In this document: positions 1 through 9,622 of the stretch, piece by piece
Layout: each line of letters opens with the position of its first letter
How positions within the stretch are numbered: position 1 is the first letter of the stretch
Source: Deltaproteobacteria bacterium CG11_big_fil_rev_8_21_14_0_20_45_16
GTDB taxonomy: Bacteria; Bdellovibrionota; UBA2394
Direction: 5' to 3'
Length of the DNA: 64,000 bases
Assembly (NCBI GenBank): GCA_002787535.1
Contig: PCXB01000072.1
Location: 1,828 to 65,827 of the forward strand
The notes under the pieces: model-generated
Seen by the model: only the letters and a program-made list of their open reading frames with translations
What the model was told of the DNA's origin: nothing
The model's database searches: none
Made by a program: the position numbers and the translations under genes

Positions 1-24
1 GGACTTCTTTGGCATATCAACATG

Positions 25-618
25 CTAACGAAGCCTGGTGCGACCTTCAAAGGCTTTTCCTAAAGTAATTTGATCCGCAAACTCCAATTCGCTTCCAATG
101 GGTAGGCCCGCGGCCAGTCGGCTGATGGGGATTTGGAGGGGAGACAGGAGTCGAAGCAGATAAGAGCTTGTAACATCGCCTTCGACGGTAGGATTGAGGG
201 CCAGAATGATCTCCTCAGGCCGATCGTTTTGGAAACGTTCCATAAGACGCTGCAGGCCCAAATCTTCGGCGCCGATGCCCTCCATCGGGTTTAAGAGGCC
301 ATGCAGCACAAAATATTTTCCACGATAGCTGCCGAGGCGCTCGACCGAATAAATATCCGAAGCTTTCTCGACAATACAAAGATGCTTTTGCTGGCGAACA
401 TGGCTCGAACAAATCGCACAGGGGTTTTGCTCCGTAACCGTGCGACATTGAGAGCAAAGAACAATATCTTGCAGACGTTCGATGGCGCGAGAGAGGCCCT
501 CCCTAAACTGAGGCTTGGCTCGCAACAAATAAAAAGCCAATCGTGTGGCCGTTCGTTCGCCGATACTAGGAAGGCGGCTTAAGTGAGCAATCAAATCATC
601 AAGTGCAGCAGTTTTCAT
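25..618 (-). CDS. recR: Recombination protein RecR
   Basis: 197 aa. Helix-hairpin-helix LSRLPSIGERTATRLAFYLL, C4 zinc finger CSQC...CAIC, Toprim-like core CIVEKASDIYSVE. Typical RecR length. Confidence 0.95.
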   Translation of the reverse strand: MKTAALDDLIAHLSRLPSIGERTATRLAFYLLRAKPQFREGLSRAIERLQDIVLCSQCRTVTEQNPCAICSSHVRQQKHLCIVEKASDIYSVERLGSYRGKYFVLHGLLNPMEGIGAEDLGLQRLMERFQNDRPEEIILALNPTVEGDVTSSYLLRLLSPLQIPISRLAAGLPIGSELEFADQITLGKAFEGRTRLR

Positions 619-1806
619 TTACTTGGTTTTGAATCTAGCAATCGCCGTCTGGATCACCTCAATGACTTTATCAATTTGAGTATCACAGCAAGTTTCCCCT
701 AAGCTAAAGCGAATTGCCGATTGAGCCTCCTTTTGCGAATAACCTAGCTTTTGTAGGGTTGAGGAGGGAAGCGAAAGTCCAGAGGAACAAGCCGATCCGG
801 CACTGGCGCAAATATCCGAAACATCCAGGGCCATTAAAAGCGCATCCGAAGGTAAGCCCGGAAAAATACAGTATGAAGTGTTGGGGAGTCGATCGACGTC
901 TTGACCGACAATTTTTACTTCGGGTACGGCTTTCATGAGCCGCTGTTCGAATTCATCGCGGATTTTTCGGACAGGTCCTTGGTAGCCTTCGATCATGGCG
1001 GGTAACTCGTCAAAAAGTGCGTCGATACTGGCAATGCCAAGAATATTTTCGGTTCCCGCCCAGCGTTTCTTCTCTTGAGCGCCACCAACTAAGCAAGGGA
1101 TCCACGCGGTGTCTTTTTTCAAATAAAAAAGTGAACACGAACGTACGCCACCACTTTTGTGAAAGGAAATGGTCGCCGAATTCAGTGGCGATCCTTGAAA
1201 ACTCAAAGGCATTCGGCCAAAAAACTGCACCATATCGGAGTGCATAGGGGTCCTATAGCGAGCGGCGAGCCCAGCGACTTTGTTCCAATCCTGAATGATG
1301 CCAGTTTCATTGCTAGCGCCATGCAAACTGATCAACCAAAATTTTTGACTGTTCAACAGTTCTTCCATTTTTGAAAAATCAGTAAGGCCACTAGCAAGCC
1401 GGGGAATTTCGACAATTTCAATGCCCTCGGTCTCTGCTAAAAAATCCAGATTTTTACAAACGGAAGGATGTTCGATTCGGGAAGCCAAAACTTTGGGTGT
1501 TGGCGAAGCCGATTTTTTGTTAGCGAGCCAGTAGCCTCGAAGAGCAAACAAATTTGTCTCCGTGGCCGATCCCGTAAAAATAACTTCTCCAGGATCCACG
1601 CCAAGCGACTCGGCAGCTTTGCGACGTACACGTTCAATATAGGCGCGGGCTGATTGCCCGAGTGAGTGCATGGAGCTAGGGTTGCCGGGATAGCGATCCA
1701 AGGCTTCGGCAATTCGTGTTTTGACAGTCTTTCGAACCGGAGCGGTGGCATTGTAATCCCAATAAATTGTCTTAGAAGAGGGGCTCATGAAGCCCTTTCC
1801 TATCAC
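619..1806 (-). CDS. Cysteine desulfurase (class V aminotransferase, NifS/IscS-like)
   Basis: 395 aa. PLP-lysine motif SFHKSGG and catalytic-loop cysteine in SAGSACSSG. Abuts recR and overlaps the upstream gene by 4 nt. Confidence 0.88.
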   Translation of the reverse strand: MIGKGFMSPSSKTIYWDYNATAPVRKTVKTRIAEALDRYPGNPSSMHSLGQSARAYIERVRRKAAESLGVDPGEVIFTGSATETNLFALRGYWLANKKSASPTPKVLASRIEHPSVCKNLDFLAETEGIEIVEIPRLASGLTDFSKMEELLNSQKFWLISLHGASNETGIIQDWNKVAGLAARYRTPMHSDMVQFFGRMPLSFQGSPLNSATISFHKSGGVRSCSLFYLKKDTAWIPCLVGGAQEKKRWAGTENILGIASIDALFDELPAMIEGYQGPVRKIRDEFEQRLMKAVPEVKIVGQDVDRLPNTSYCIFPGLPSDALLMALDVSDICASAGSACSSGLSLPSSTLQKLGYSQKEAQSAIRFSLGETCCDTQIDKVIEVIQTAIARFKTK

Positions 1807-4133
1807 TCCTGCCCATTGGGTTCAACGCTGGGCGTCGGGAATTCCTGCGGGGAAGGCGCTGTCTCCATGGCTGGAGCCTCATTTGGAGCGTTATCAGGTG
1901 TAGAGCTTTCGCGCTCACGTGTGCCCTCATCAGGAGTAGGGCTTGGCAACCTGTCCATTGTAGGCTCTTCAGCTGAAGGTTCTTCAGTAGGAACCGGAGC
2001 CTCCTTTGGAGTCGGTGTTGGCAAAGGATCCGGTTGAGAACGCTCATGTTGGCTACGCATGATATTAAATTCCACTCGGCGATTTTCGCTTCGACCCTCG
2101 CTCGTCAGATTCGTGGCAATGGGCTGAGATTCTCCAAAGCCTACAGCTCGAAGCTTTTTGGACGAAATACCTTTTTCGATAAGGCGCTTTCGAACGGATC
2201 TCGCACGACGCTCGCTTAATTTTTGATTGTAAGCATCGGCTCCGACACTGTCTGTATGTCCCTCGATCTGGAGTAATCCAAAGTTTTGATTTTGCTTCAG
2301 GATATCTACAATTTGATCAAGCACATCAAAGGAGCGACTTTGAATCTTGTCTGAATCAAAATCAAAGTAAATGGCGTCCGGCAAAACAATCTTGTCTTCA
2401 ATGACCGTTGCCTTCTCCGGTTTTTCAAGACTGACATCATTTTGAGTGGTCTCGCCTGCCTTGACATCACAGTCGATGGTTTTGGGTAAATAATTTTCGG
2501 CCTGTACCTTGAAACGATATTGGCCTTCGGGCAGCGGTTGATTGAATTGACCTGTAAGCGGGTCGGTTCCAAAGGGAGCGATACTTCCATCTTCCGTTGT
2601 GAAGACCGCCGTAAGTCCCGTTCCTTCCTTGTTTTTGACAACTCCTGCGCAACTACCATTTTTGGGCAGAGCTTTCTTTAGAGCAAAAGTCTGATCAACG
2701 GTTTCGCGAGGAAACACTTCAACAGGAAAGTCCGCCGGCTCATAGCCATTAGCTTCGACTCTCATATTATAAGTTCCTTCCTTCAAGCCTTGAGCCAAAC
2801 TTTCACCATTCGCCGCCGTTGCTAGAGGACGATCCATTCCTGAAATTTGAACGATAGCCTTCTCGATGGGATCACCCGTATCCGCGTCGACAATCTTCGC
2901 ACGAATATTTCCTTTTTTGGGTCCAAGAGTTTCTAAGGCAATATCCAAAATAACAGGCTCACCATTTCGAATCTCAAAATTCTGAGACTGAGATTGGTAG
3001 CCCTGTTTTTCAAATCTGATTTGATAATTTCCATTACCGATGCGATCAACTTGATAGAATCCCGAAAGATCCGTGACTTGAGGTAGTGTCACTTCGCCAA
3101 CCAAAGTGGCTTGAACATCAGGAAGGGGAAGGCCCGTTTCGGCATCTGTAACGCGGCCACGGACACTGCCTTCGGAAGCAAACAAACCATCACCGATAGC
3201 CTGGAAGCTAACTCCAAAATAAACTTCCCAAGGAGTGTTTTGGGGGATGGCAACTCCGGCACCGTTGATATCACCATTGAAGCCGAGATCAAGTGCCGCC
3301 AAAATCGCAACCGCAGGGTGCGGAGTCGCGCGCACGCCAAGCGCAACATTGTGGCGATTGTGTTCGTAGACAACCGGATCATCGCCGGTGCTTAGAGCGT
3401 ATTCCGTCGAATAGTCGAGGAAGGGCGTCACCCAATGATAGGGGGCTTCGGCCGCAAAAGACGCGACGATCGACTGATAAGCATACGCGTCCATATTAAA
3501 TACTTCGATGTGACTTTCGCGATTAGCCAAGGAAGCATTATTGGTTGGTGTGAGGTCAGAGTTTGGTGATCGGTAACCAAGATTAAGATGCAGACGAAGT
3601 GGAAAATTTTCCCATTGATTTTGAAAACTATAAGTCGTTCCCAATCCCAAAAATCCTTGGCCGATAGGACCTGAGGTCTGTCTTGAAAAGCCACTCGAGT
3701 TTCTAGCCACTCGAGTGCCAGAGAAAAACCTTCCAAAGGCAAAAGCGCTTACAAAAAAATCATCAGCCATTTTATGGCCCCACTTAAGACCAATATCCGA
3801 ATTTTCAAAAAAACTTGTGGCGCTTCGTGAAGTGTCGGCGTTGCTGTGCTCATTAAAGACAAATCCGAAACCTGCGAAAGCTTCAAGTTCAAAGGGCAAA
3901 GTATAATTGGCCGAAAGCCTGAAAGCGGTGCGACTATGCTTTTGAGTATCAATAAACGGGTCAGCAAAAAACATTCGTCCCGTAGCCGCCAATCCAAAGG
4001 TCGTCGGAGCGTTCGGAATCGACGAGAAAGTTTTGAGAACTCCTGACGAGCCCGTATAAGTGGGATGTGTTTGATGTGGGTTGTTGACGGCCATGCACAA
4101 CCATAAGGCGGATCCCGTAAGCAATTGAATCAT
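1803..4133 (-). CDS. OmpA-family outer-membrane protein with carboxypeptidase-regulatory-like repeats and a Pro/Glu/Thr-rich tail
   Basis: 776 aa. The N-terminal ~330 aa is beta-rich and aromatic-rich. Repeats follow (GRVTDAETGLPLPDVQATLVG, AKIVDADTGDPIEKAIVQISG, GVVKNKEGTGL). Canonical OmpA_C motif: FDFDSDKI...GHTDSVGADAYNQKLSERRARSV...NRRVEF. Confidence 0.85.
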   Translation of the reverse strand: MIQLLTGSALWLCMAVNNPHQTHPTYTGSSGVLKTFSSIPNAPTTFGLAATGRMFFADPFIDTQKHSRTAFRLSANYTLPFELEAFAGFGFVFNEHSNADTSRSATSFFENSDIGLKWGHKMADDFFVSAFAFGRFFSGTRVARNSSGFSRQTSGPIGQGFLGLGTTYSFQNQWENFPLRLHLNLGYRSPNSDLTPTNNASLANRESHIEVFNMDAYAYQSIVASFAAEAPYHWVTPFLDYSTEYALSTGDDPVVYEHNRHNVALGVRATPHPAVAILAALDLGFNGDINGAGVAIPQNTPWEVYFGVSFQAIGDGLFASEGSVRGRVTDAETGLPLPDVQATLVGEVTLPQVTDLSGFYQVDRIGNGNYQIRFEKQGYQSQSQNFEIRNGEPVILDIALETLGPKKGNIRAKIVDADTGDPIEKAIVQISGMDRPLATAANGESLAQGLKEGTYNMRVEANGYEPADFPVEVFPRETVDQTFALKKALPKNGSCAGVVKNKEGTGLTAVFTTEDGSIAPFGTDPLTGQFNQPLPEGQYRFKVQAENYLPKTIDCDVKAGETTQNDVSLEKPEKATVIEDKIVLPDAIYFDFDSDKIQSRSFDVLDQIVDILKQNQNFGLLQIEGHTDSVGADAYNQKLSERRARSVRKRLIEKGISSKKLRAVGFGESQPIATNLTSEGRSENRRVEFNIMRSQHERSQPDPLPTPTPKEAPVPTEEPSAEEPTMDRLPSPTPDEGTRERESSTPDNAPNEAPAMETAPSPQEFPTPSVEPNGQE

Positions 4134-4213
4134 GGCTCATTGTACGCGCCACCACAAATGTCCGGTCAAGCAGTGTCTGGAGTATTCTTCGGGCAAATTT
4201 TCTGCTGTGGAGC

Positions 4214-4888
4214 ATGGACAAATTGAGCAAAGCTGAATTTAGATGGATCGATTTGAGTTTACTGTCTGTAATCCTAGTTTTGAAGCTTATACTGCCTGCA
4301 TGGCCCGCAGATTTACATTCTGGTGATCTGATTTTTTTGGACCTTGATTGCGGTGAAATTTGCGATGCCATCGAAGATGTAACTTTGGAACAGTTTCATG
4401 TCTCAGCGCCTCGATTGTCACATGTTGGGGTTTTAAGTTTTGATCGTGATAGCCGTGAGTGGTGGGTCTTTGAAGCTTGGCCTCAGCGCGGCGTAAGCAG
4501 AATAAGTCTCGATCGATTTTTGAAACGCGTGAAGTCTGGGGAAGATCAAAAAGACGGATACTACCTTGTTCGATTTCCGGCCAGCTTACGTTCCCAGGCC
4601 ATAGAGGCTTTAAAGCGAATTAGAAGGTATTTTGGAAAACCCTATGATTCGGCATTTGTAGTGAATGATTCCGACTTCTATTGTTCCGAGCTGGTCTATC
4701 AGAGTTGGCAGGGACAAGGGATGAATCCATTTTCTCTATTACCGATGTATTTTGGTGCTCCAGAGTCTCCTCAGGGGAGGATTTGGAAAGAATATTTTGC
4801 CGATTTAAAAATTTCAATAATACCAGAATTTTTGCCAGGGATAAGCCCACTTGGCATTTACCTTCAGGCCCAAGCTGTATTGAATTGA
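4214..4888 (+). CDS. YiiX/YaeF-like permuted papain-fold (NlpC/P60 superfamily) hydrolase
   Basis: 224 aa. N-terminal hydrophobic anchor, GDLIF...SHVGVL segment, candidate catalytic Cys in FYCSELVYQSW. Family assignment is from motif memory only. Confidence 0.6.
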   Translation: MDKLSKAEFRWIDLSLLSVILVLKLILPAWPADLHSGDLIFLDLDCGEICDAIEDVTLEQFHVSAPRLSHVGVLSFDRDSREWWVFEAWPQRGVSRISLDRFLKRVKSGEDQKDGYYLVRFPASLRSQAIEALKRIRRYFGKPYDSAFVVNDSDFYCSELVYQSWQGQGMNPFSLLPMYFGAPESPQGRIWKEYFADLKISIIPEFLPGISPLGIYLQAQAVLN

Positions 4889-4939
4889 ATCAGCCATCAT
4901 CTTGCATGTTAAATCGAGCCCCAATATAGTCCCTTGGTA

Positions 4940-5617
4940 ATGAGATCGGGGGCGATAAGGCTGTTAACGTTGATTCTTATGTTTTCGTCGATTGCTCAGG
5001 CAAGCGCGTCAGATTGCATGATTCAGATTAGGAAACTTTTTCCGATGCAGGCTGCTGTAGGGCGAGAAGAAGTTAGACGCAAGAAAGTGGCTATTCGAAA
5101 GTTTAAGAACAATAAAGCGAAGCTCGATCGTTATTTGAAAAAAAAGAGAGTTCCAATTGTAATTGGTCCCGGCGGAAAATTTCATCTACTTGATCATCAT
5201 CACACGGTCATGGCTCTATTTGAAGAAGGCATTCGAAAAGTTTATTATGAAAGTCGTGGGGATCTTTCGTCCTTGAGCCCTCAAGATTTTTGGAAAGAAG
5301 TTATTTCTCGTCATTGGGTTAGGCTTGTCGATGAAAAGGGCAAGTCAATCAGATGGGAGGCTATTGATAAGCTAACATCGATTGAAGACATCAAGAATGA
5401 CCCGTATCGAAGTTTGGCGGGCATAGTTCGTGATAAAGGTGGATTCAAGAAATTAGATATTCCATTTATGGAATTTGAGTGGGCTGATTTTTTTCGTGGA
5501 CGAATGGATATGCCCGGAAAGAAAATCTCTTGGAAGCGGGCCATTGAACAAGGGATGAAGTTAGCCCGCTCTGATGCTGCCAAAGCTCTTCCTGGCTATA
5601 TCGAAAAGAAAAAATAA
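4940..5617 (+). CDS. Secreted ParB-like nuclease-domain protein (ParB/Srx fold)
   Basis: Start moved to the ATG at 4940, giving the signal peptide MRSGAIRLLTLILMFSSIAQASA. ParB-like LFPMQAAVG and LLDHHHT motifs. Confidence 0.5.
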   Translation: MRSGAIRLLTLILMFSSIAQASASDCMIQIRKLFPMQAAVGREEVRRKKVAIRKFKNNKAKLDRYLKKKRVPIVIGPGGKFHLLDHHHTVMALFEEGIRKVYYESRGDLSSLSPQDFWKEVISRHWVRLVDEKGKSIRWEAIDKLTSIEDIKNDPYRSLAGIVRDKGGFKKLDIPFMEFEWADFFRGRMDMPGKKISWKRAIEQGMKLARSDAAKALPGYIEKKK

Positions 5618-6433
5618 TCAGCCAATTGCCTTTAATTTTTCGGTCTGGCTCTGACTAGATTTCTTTGGTCGAAAAGCAAAGATGACCATAATAATGGTTG
5701 CAAGCAGAATCAGGGTTGAAAGCGCGTTAATTTTTGGACTGATTCCGTACTTGATCATTGAGTAAAGTTTAATGGGCAGAGTGTCTGAGCCAACGCCAGC
5801 CGTAAAAAAGGTAATTAAGAAATCATCGAATGAAAGTGTAAAAGCCATAAGGGCTCCCGAGAGGATTCCAGGCCATATCAATGGAAAGCTTACCCGCCCA
5901 AAGGTCTGAATCGGTGTTGCCCCCAAGTCAAAGGCCGCCTCTTCTAGCGAGTGATCAAAATCCGCCAATCTCGTCCGCACCGTAATCACAACATAAGAAA
6001 AACTAAAAGTTATATGCGCCAGAATAATTGAAATAGAACCTAAGCTAAATTTGAGAAGCACGAACCAAATCAATAATGAAAGCGCCATTACAATTTCGGG
6101 AATGACAAGTGGAACTAGGGTCAGAGCATCCAACCATTGCTTTCCCGGAAAACTAAAGCGATCCAAGGCCCAGGCCGTAGCCGTGCCTATGATACTTGCA
6201 CCCAGCGTTGACCAAAGCCCTACCCACAAACTCATATTGAGTGCCCGGCGCAATTCATCATCTTGAAGAGCTTGTTTATACCATTCAAGCGAAAACAGAG
6301 CTTGCCCGTTGGCCGGATCAATCGAAACAAACGAGTAAATCACAAGAACAACAAGTGGGATGTAGAGGAGCAGGAAAGTCAGGGCGGTTACAGTCTGGGC
6401 AAACCAAGGTGGGGATGGGCGAGAGCGTTCCAT
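5618..6433 (-). CDS. potC: Spermidine/putrescine ABC transporter permease PotC
   Basis: 271 aa, 6 TM segments, binding-protein-dependent permease (EAA-like loop LEEAAFDLGATPIQTF). Last gene of the potABC run. Confidence 0.9.
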   Translation of the reverse strand: MERSRPSPPWFAQTVTALTFLLLYIPLVVLVIYSFVSIDPANGQALFSLEWYKQALQDDELRRALNMSLWVGLWSTLGASIIGTATAWALDRFSFPGKQWLDALTLVPLVIPEIVMALSLLIWFVLLKFSLGSISIILAHITFSFSYVVITVRTRLADFDHSLEEAAFDLGATPIQTFGRVSFPLIWPGILSGALMAFTLSFDDFLITFFTAGVGSDTLPIKLYSMIKYGISPKINALSTLILLATIIMVIFAFRPKKSSQSQTEKLKAIG

Positions 6434-6434
6434 C

Positions 6435-7343
6435 TCAGGCCTTCTCCGGTTTTAATTTGCCATCTTCTTTCATCCAAATTCTTAAGATCGTGACCAAGCC
6501 AAAGACAACCACGCTCATGAGGATAATGGAGAGGGCCGATCCAAAAGGCCAATCACGCATCTTCAAAAATTGCTCCGTGATCAAATTGCCCATCAGCATG
6601 ACCTTGGCCCCACCAAGCATATCGGGAATCAAAAACTCCCCAAGGGCCGGCGTAAATACGAGAATACTTCCGGTAATAATTCCGTGTTTGGTCAACGGAA
6701 TCAGGACGCGCCAAAAGTTATTCCAGGCCGATGCTCCCAAATCTCGTCCAGCCTCCAATAGAGCAAAATCAAACTTTTCGAGCGAAACATACAAAGGGAG
6801 AACCATATAGGGTAGATAATTGGTAAGCATTCCAAACCAAACCATTCCACTAGAGTTGGACCACATTATGGGCTCTGACCATAAACCCAATGATATTCCC
6901 ATTTGGCTGATCGGACCTTGTTCGCTAAACAAAAGTTTAAGAGCATAGGTACGCACGACAAAATTAGTCCAAAAAGGAATAATCAGTAGAACCAACAGAG
7001 TGTTGCGCGTTCCAGCTGTAGCCGTCGCCAAAACATAGGCGACCGGATAGCCAATTAACAAACAAGATAGAGTTGTGAGGGCCGCAAGTTTTAAGCTCTC
7101 ATAAAAAATTTGCAGGTAAAGCCAGTCGAAAGCACGTTCATAATTTTTGATCGTCCATTCAAAAATGATGCCGCCATAAACTCCTTTAACCAAGAGACTA
7201 TAGATAAAAACAATGATCATGGGAGCGAGCAAGAAAAGCCCGGCCCAGCTGATTCCAGGCCAAGCTGCCGGCGGTGGGAAGCTTCGTTGCTTAGCCAACT
7301 TGCAGCTCCAGCGCAGGGGAACTCTCATGAACAGGAAGTGCAT
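6435..7343 (-). CDS. potB: Spermidine/putrescine ABC transporter permease PotB
   Basis: 302 aa, multi-TM, EAA-like loop LLEAGRDLGASAWNNF. The 5' end overlaps the potA 3' end, so the exact start is uncertain (alternative ATG at 7328). Confidence 0.88.
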   Translation of the reverse strand: MHFLFMRVPLRWSCKLAKQRSFPPPAAWPGISWAGLFLLAPMIIVFIYSLLVKGVYGGIIFEWTIKNYERAFDWLYLQIFYESLKLAALTTLSCLLIGYPVAYVLATATAGTRNTLLVLLIIPFWTNFVVRTYALKLLFSEQGPISQMGISLGLWSEPIMWSNSSGMVWFGMLTNYLPYMVLPLYVSLEKFDFALLEAGRDLGASAWNNFWRVLIPLTKHGIITGSILVFTPALGEFLIPDMLGGAKVMLMGNLITEQFLKMRDWPFGSALSIILMSVVVFGLVTILRIWMKEDGKLKPEKA

Positions 7344-8460
7344 TTTCGGAGCCCATCAAAATGCAATCCTCAGGTGCCCAAGCAATAAAAACCCGGTCGC
7401 CAATTCCGAATGTTTTTTTGGCCGTTAAGGCTGAATTGGATTGCGAGACGCTGAAGGATGTCTCCGGACTTTCTTTGGCTTGAAGTAAAAACTGTGTCGA
7501 CGGCCCTTTGTACATAACCTCTTTAATAGAGGCTTCAATATGATTTTGATCTAGCGTCGGCGCAGACTTCAAGATTTTAAATTTTTCGGGCCTAATCATT
7601 AGTCGAACTTTCATCCCCTCTTGCACTTGGGGCAAGGGGCGGAGGCCATCCCGCGGCGCGCGGACTGAAAAGTTTCGTTTAAAATCAGATGAGATCGCAA
7701 TGCTATCGTTTGTGAAAGTATTTACCCGGGCTTCAAGGCAGTTGATGCTTCCAATAAATTGCGAAACAAAGTTCGTTCGCGGATATTCGTAAATCTCTTG
7801 CGCTGTCCCGACTTGTTCCACCACGCCTTCATTCATAACGGCAATTCGATCCGAAACCGTTAAAGCCTCCTCTTGGTCATGGGTGACAAAGATGAATGTC
7901 TGTTTGAGTTTTCGTTGAAGATTTAGAAGTTCAATCTTCATCTGTTGGCGTAGTTTAAGATCGAGAGCCGAAAGTGGCTCGTCCAAAAGCAAAACCTTTG
8001 GTCGATTGATTAGGGCTCGGGCTAGGGCGACACGCTGCTGCTGACCCCCCGAAAGTGTCGTAATATTTCGGTCTGCAAAGCTTTGCATCTGAACAAGATC
8101 CAAGGCTTCGTCGACTCGCGTTTTAAGGGCTTGACCTTTGATGGCCTTCATCTGCAAACCGAACGCAACGTTTTTCCAAACGTTCAAATGGGGGAAAAGG
8201 GCATAACGCTGAAAAACAGTATTGCATTGTCGCTGGTGAGGGGGAAGTTGATCGATGCGTCGGCCATCCAAAAGAATCTGGCCCGAACTTGGTTTTTCAA
8301 AGCCCCCTAGAAGTCTAAGAAGCGTTGTCTTTCCGCATCCGCTCGGTCCCAGAATTGAGAAAAACTCGCCTTCCTGAATTTCAAGATCCGCGCCCTTAAC
8401 AGCTTCCATCGTCCCGAAACTCTTGCGAAGCCCAAGCAGTCTTAACATCCGAAAGACCAT
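7291..8460 (-). CDS. potA: Spermidine/putrescine ABC transporter ATPase PotA
   Basis: 389 aa. Walker A GPSGCGKTT, signature LSGGQQQRVALARAL, Walker B LLLDEPLSALD, C-terminal TOBE-like regulatory domain. Confidence 0.93.
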   Translation of the reverse strand: MVFRMLRLLGLRKSFGTMEAVKGADLEIQEGEFFSILGPSGCGKTTLLRLLGGFEKPSSGQILLDGRRIDQLPPHQRQCNTVFQRYALFPHLNVWKNVAFGLQMKAIKGQALKTRVDEALDLVQMQSFADRNITTLSGGQQQRVALARALINRPKVLLLDEPLSALDLKLRQQMKIELLNLQRKLKQTFIFVTHDQEEALTVSDRIAVMNEGVVEQVGTAQEIYEYPRTNFVSQFIGSINCLEARVNTFTNDSIAISSDFKRNFSVRAPRDGLRPLPQVQEGMKVRLMIRPEKFKILKSAPTLDQNHIEASIKEVMYKGPSTQFLLQAKESPETSFSVSQSNSALTAKKTFGIGDRVFIAWAPEDCILMGSENALPVHESSPALELQVG

Positions 8461-8551
8461 AACAGAAAGCCTCTGGCTGAAAACGATTTTTTGAATGAGG
8501 AAGCCAAATTTTCACTTTTCTGACGCGTTGGTTCCGGATAGTGCATAGGCC

Positions 8552-9622
8552 ATGAAAATCATAAAATCCTTTCGACTTGTCCTGGTTTTGTTCTTTGGGT
8601 CCGTTTTATTGGCATCTTGCTCAAAGTCTGATTCTAAGCTGGGGACAGATAAGCCTAAGATTGTAAATTTGGCGATTTGGTCCAATTTTGTAACGGATGA
8701 GATGTTAGAAAAATTTGAGGCGCAAACAGGCATTCATGTGAATGTTTCTAATTATTCGTCGAATGAGGAGCTTCTGGCTAAGTTACAAGCCGGGGCGTCG
8801 GGCTACGACGTAATTGTCCCGGCCGACTATATGGTCTTTGTCATGAACCAGCTCAATCTTTTGGAATCCATTAACAAAGCTCAAATCGCCAATATTCAAA
8901 AGCTCGATCCTAAGTTTCTTAAAATGTATTTTGATGAAAGTAATGAAGTGTCTCTTCCGTTTGACTGGGGGACGACGGGCATAGCCATCAATCGACGTCT
9001 ATATAAAGACAAGCTTAAGGGCTGGAGCGACCTTTTTGAAAACAAAACATTGGCTGGAAAATTTACGATGTTGGACGATGTGAGAGAAACTTTAGGAGCA
9101 GCTCTCAAAAGAGGGGGTTACCGCTTAAACTCAATTGATGATGCTGAGCTCAAAGCGGCCAAGCAAACTCTTCTTACCGCAAAGAAGAACCTTAAGGGCT
9201 TCACTTCGGAGACTCTTACCGGCCTTGTGAATGGCGAAATGGCTGTGGCTCACGCTTATTCGAGTGATGCTCTTCAGGCTCGGGCGAAACTTAATGGCGA
9301 TATCGACTATATTATTCCGGAAGAGGGGTGCACGATCTGGGTGGATAACCTTGCTATTCCGAAAGGGGCCGCTCATTTGGAGGCGGCTCATCAGCTCGTA
9401 AATTATCTGTTGAGTTCGCCGGTTCAGGCGGAGCGGGCGAGCAAGTTGTTTGTAGCGCCCTCAAGTCTTGAAGCGATGAACGGCTTGGATGTCAGTCTCA
9501 AACAAAATACAGGTTTATTTCCCAGCGAAGAGAGCCTTCAGCGCTGTGAGATGATAAAAGATATTGGAGAAAGCTTGGCACAGTGGGATCGGATCTGGAC
9601 CGAGGCCAAGGCCTCTCGTTAA
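8552..9622 (+). CDS. potD: Polyamine ABC transporter periplasmic binding lipoprotein (PotD/PotF family)
   Basis: 356 aa. Lipobox LLASC. The PotD-like sequence runs the whole length (YDVIVPADYM, LPFDWGTTGIAINR). Divergent from potABC. Confidence 0.88.
   Translation: MKIIKSFRLVLVLFFGSVLLASCSKSDSKLGTDKPKIVNLAIWSNFVTDEMLEKFEAQTGIHVNVSNYSSNEELLAKLQAGASGYDVIVPADYMVFVMNQLNLLESINKAQIANIQKLDPKFLKMYFDESNEVSLPFDWGTTGIAINRRLYKDKLKGWSDLFENKTLAGKFTMLDDVRETLGAALKRGGYRLNSIDDAELKAAKQTLLTAKKNLKGFTSETLTGLVNGEMAVAHAYSSDALQARAKLNGDIDYIIPEEGCTIWVDNLAIPKGAAHLEAAHQLVNYLLSSPVQAERASKLFVAPSSLEAMNGLDVSLKQNTGLFPSEESLQRCEMIKDIGESLAQWDRIWTEAKASR

Noticed and set aside
215-582. ORFs 215..457 (-) and 301..582 (+) inside recR.
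   Set aside because: They are alternative-frame or antisense shadows inside a gene with clear RecR motifs, and have no motif of their own. The same reasoning applies to most short ORFs in the track that lie inside strongly supported genes (for example 52405..52917 inside glyQS and 53923..54452 inside ppdK).
6378-6390. 13-nt match (GTCAGGGCGGTTA) to one arm of the 45004-45060 palindrome.
   Set aside because: It lies inside the potC coding sequence (codons for QTVTALT on the minus strand) and lacks the partner arm. It is most likely chance.
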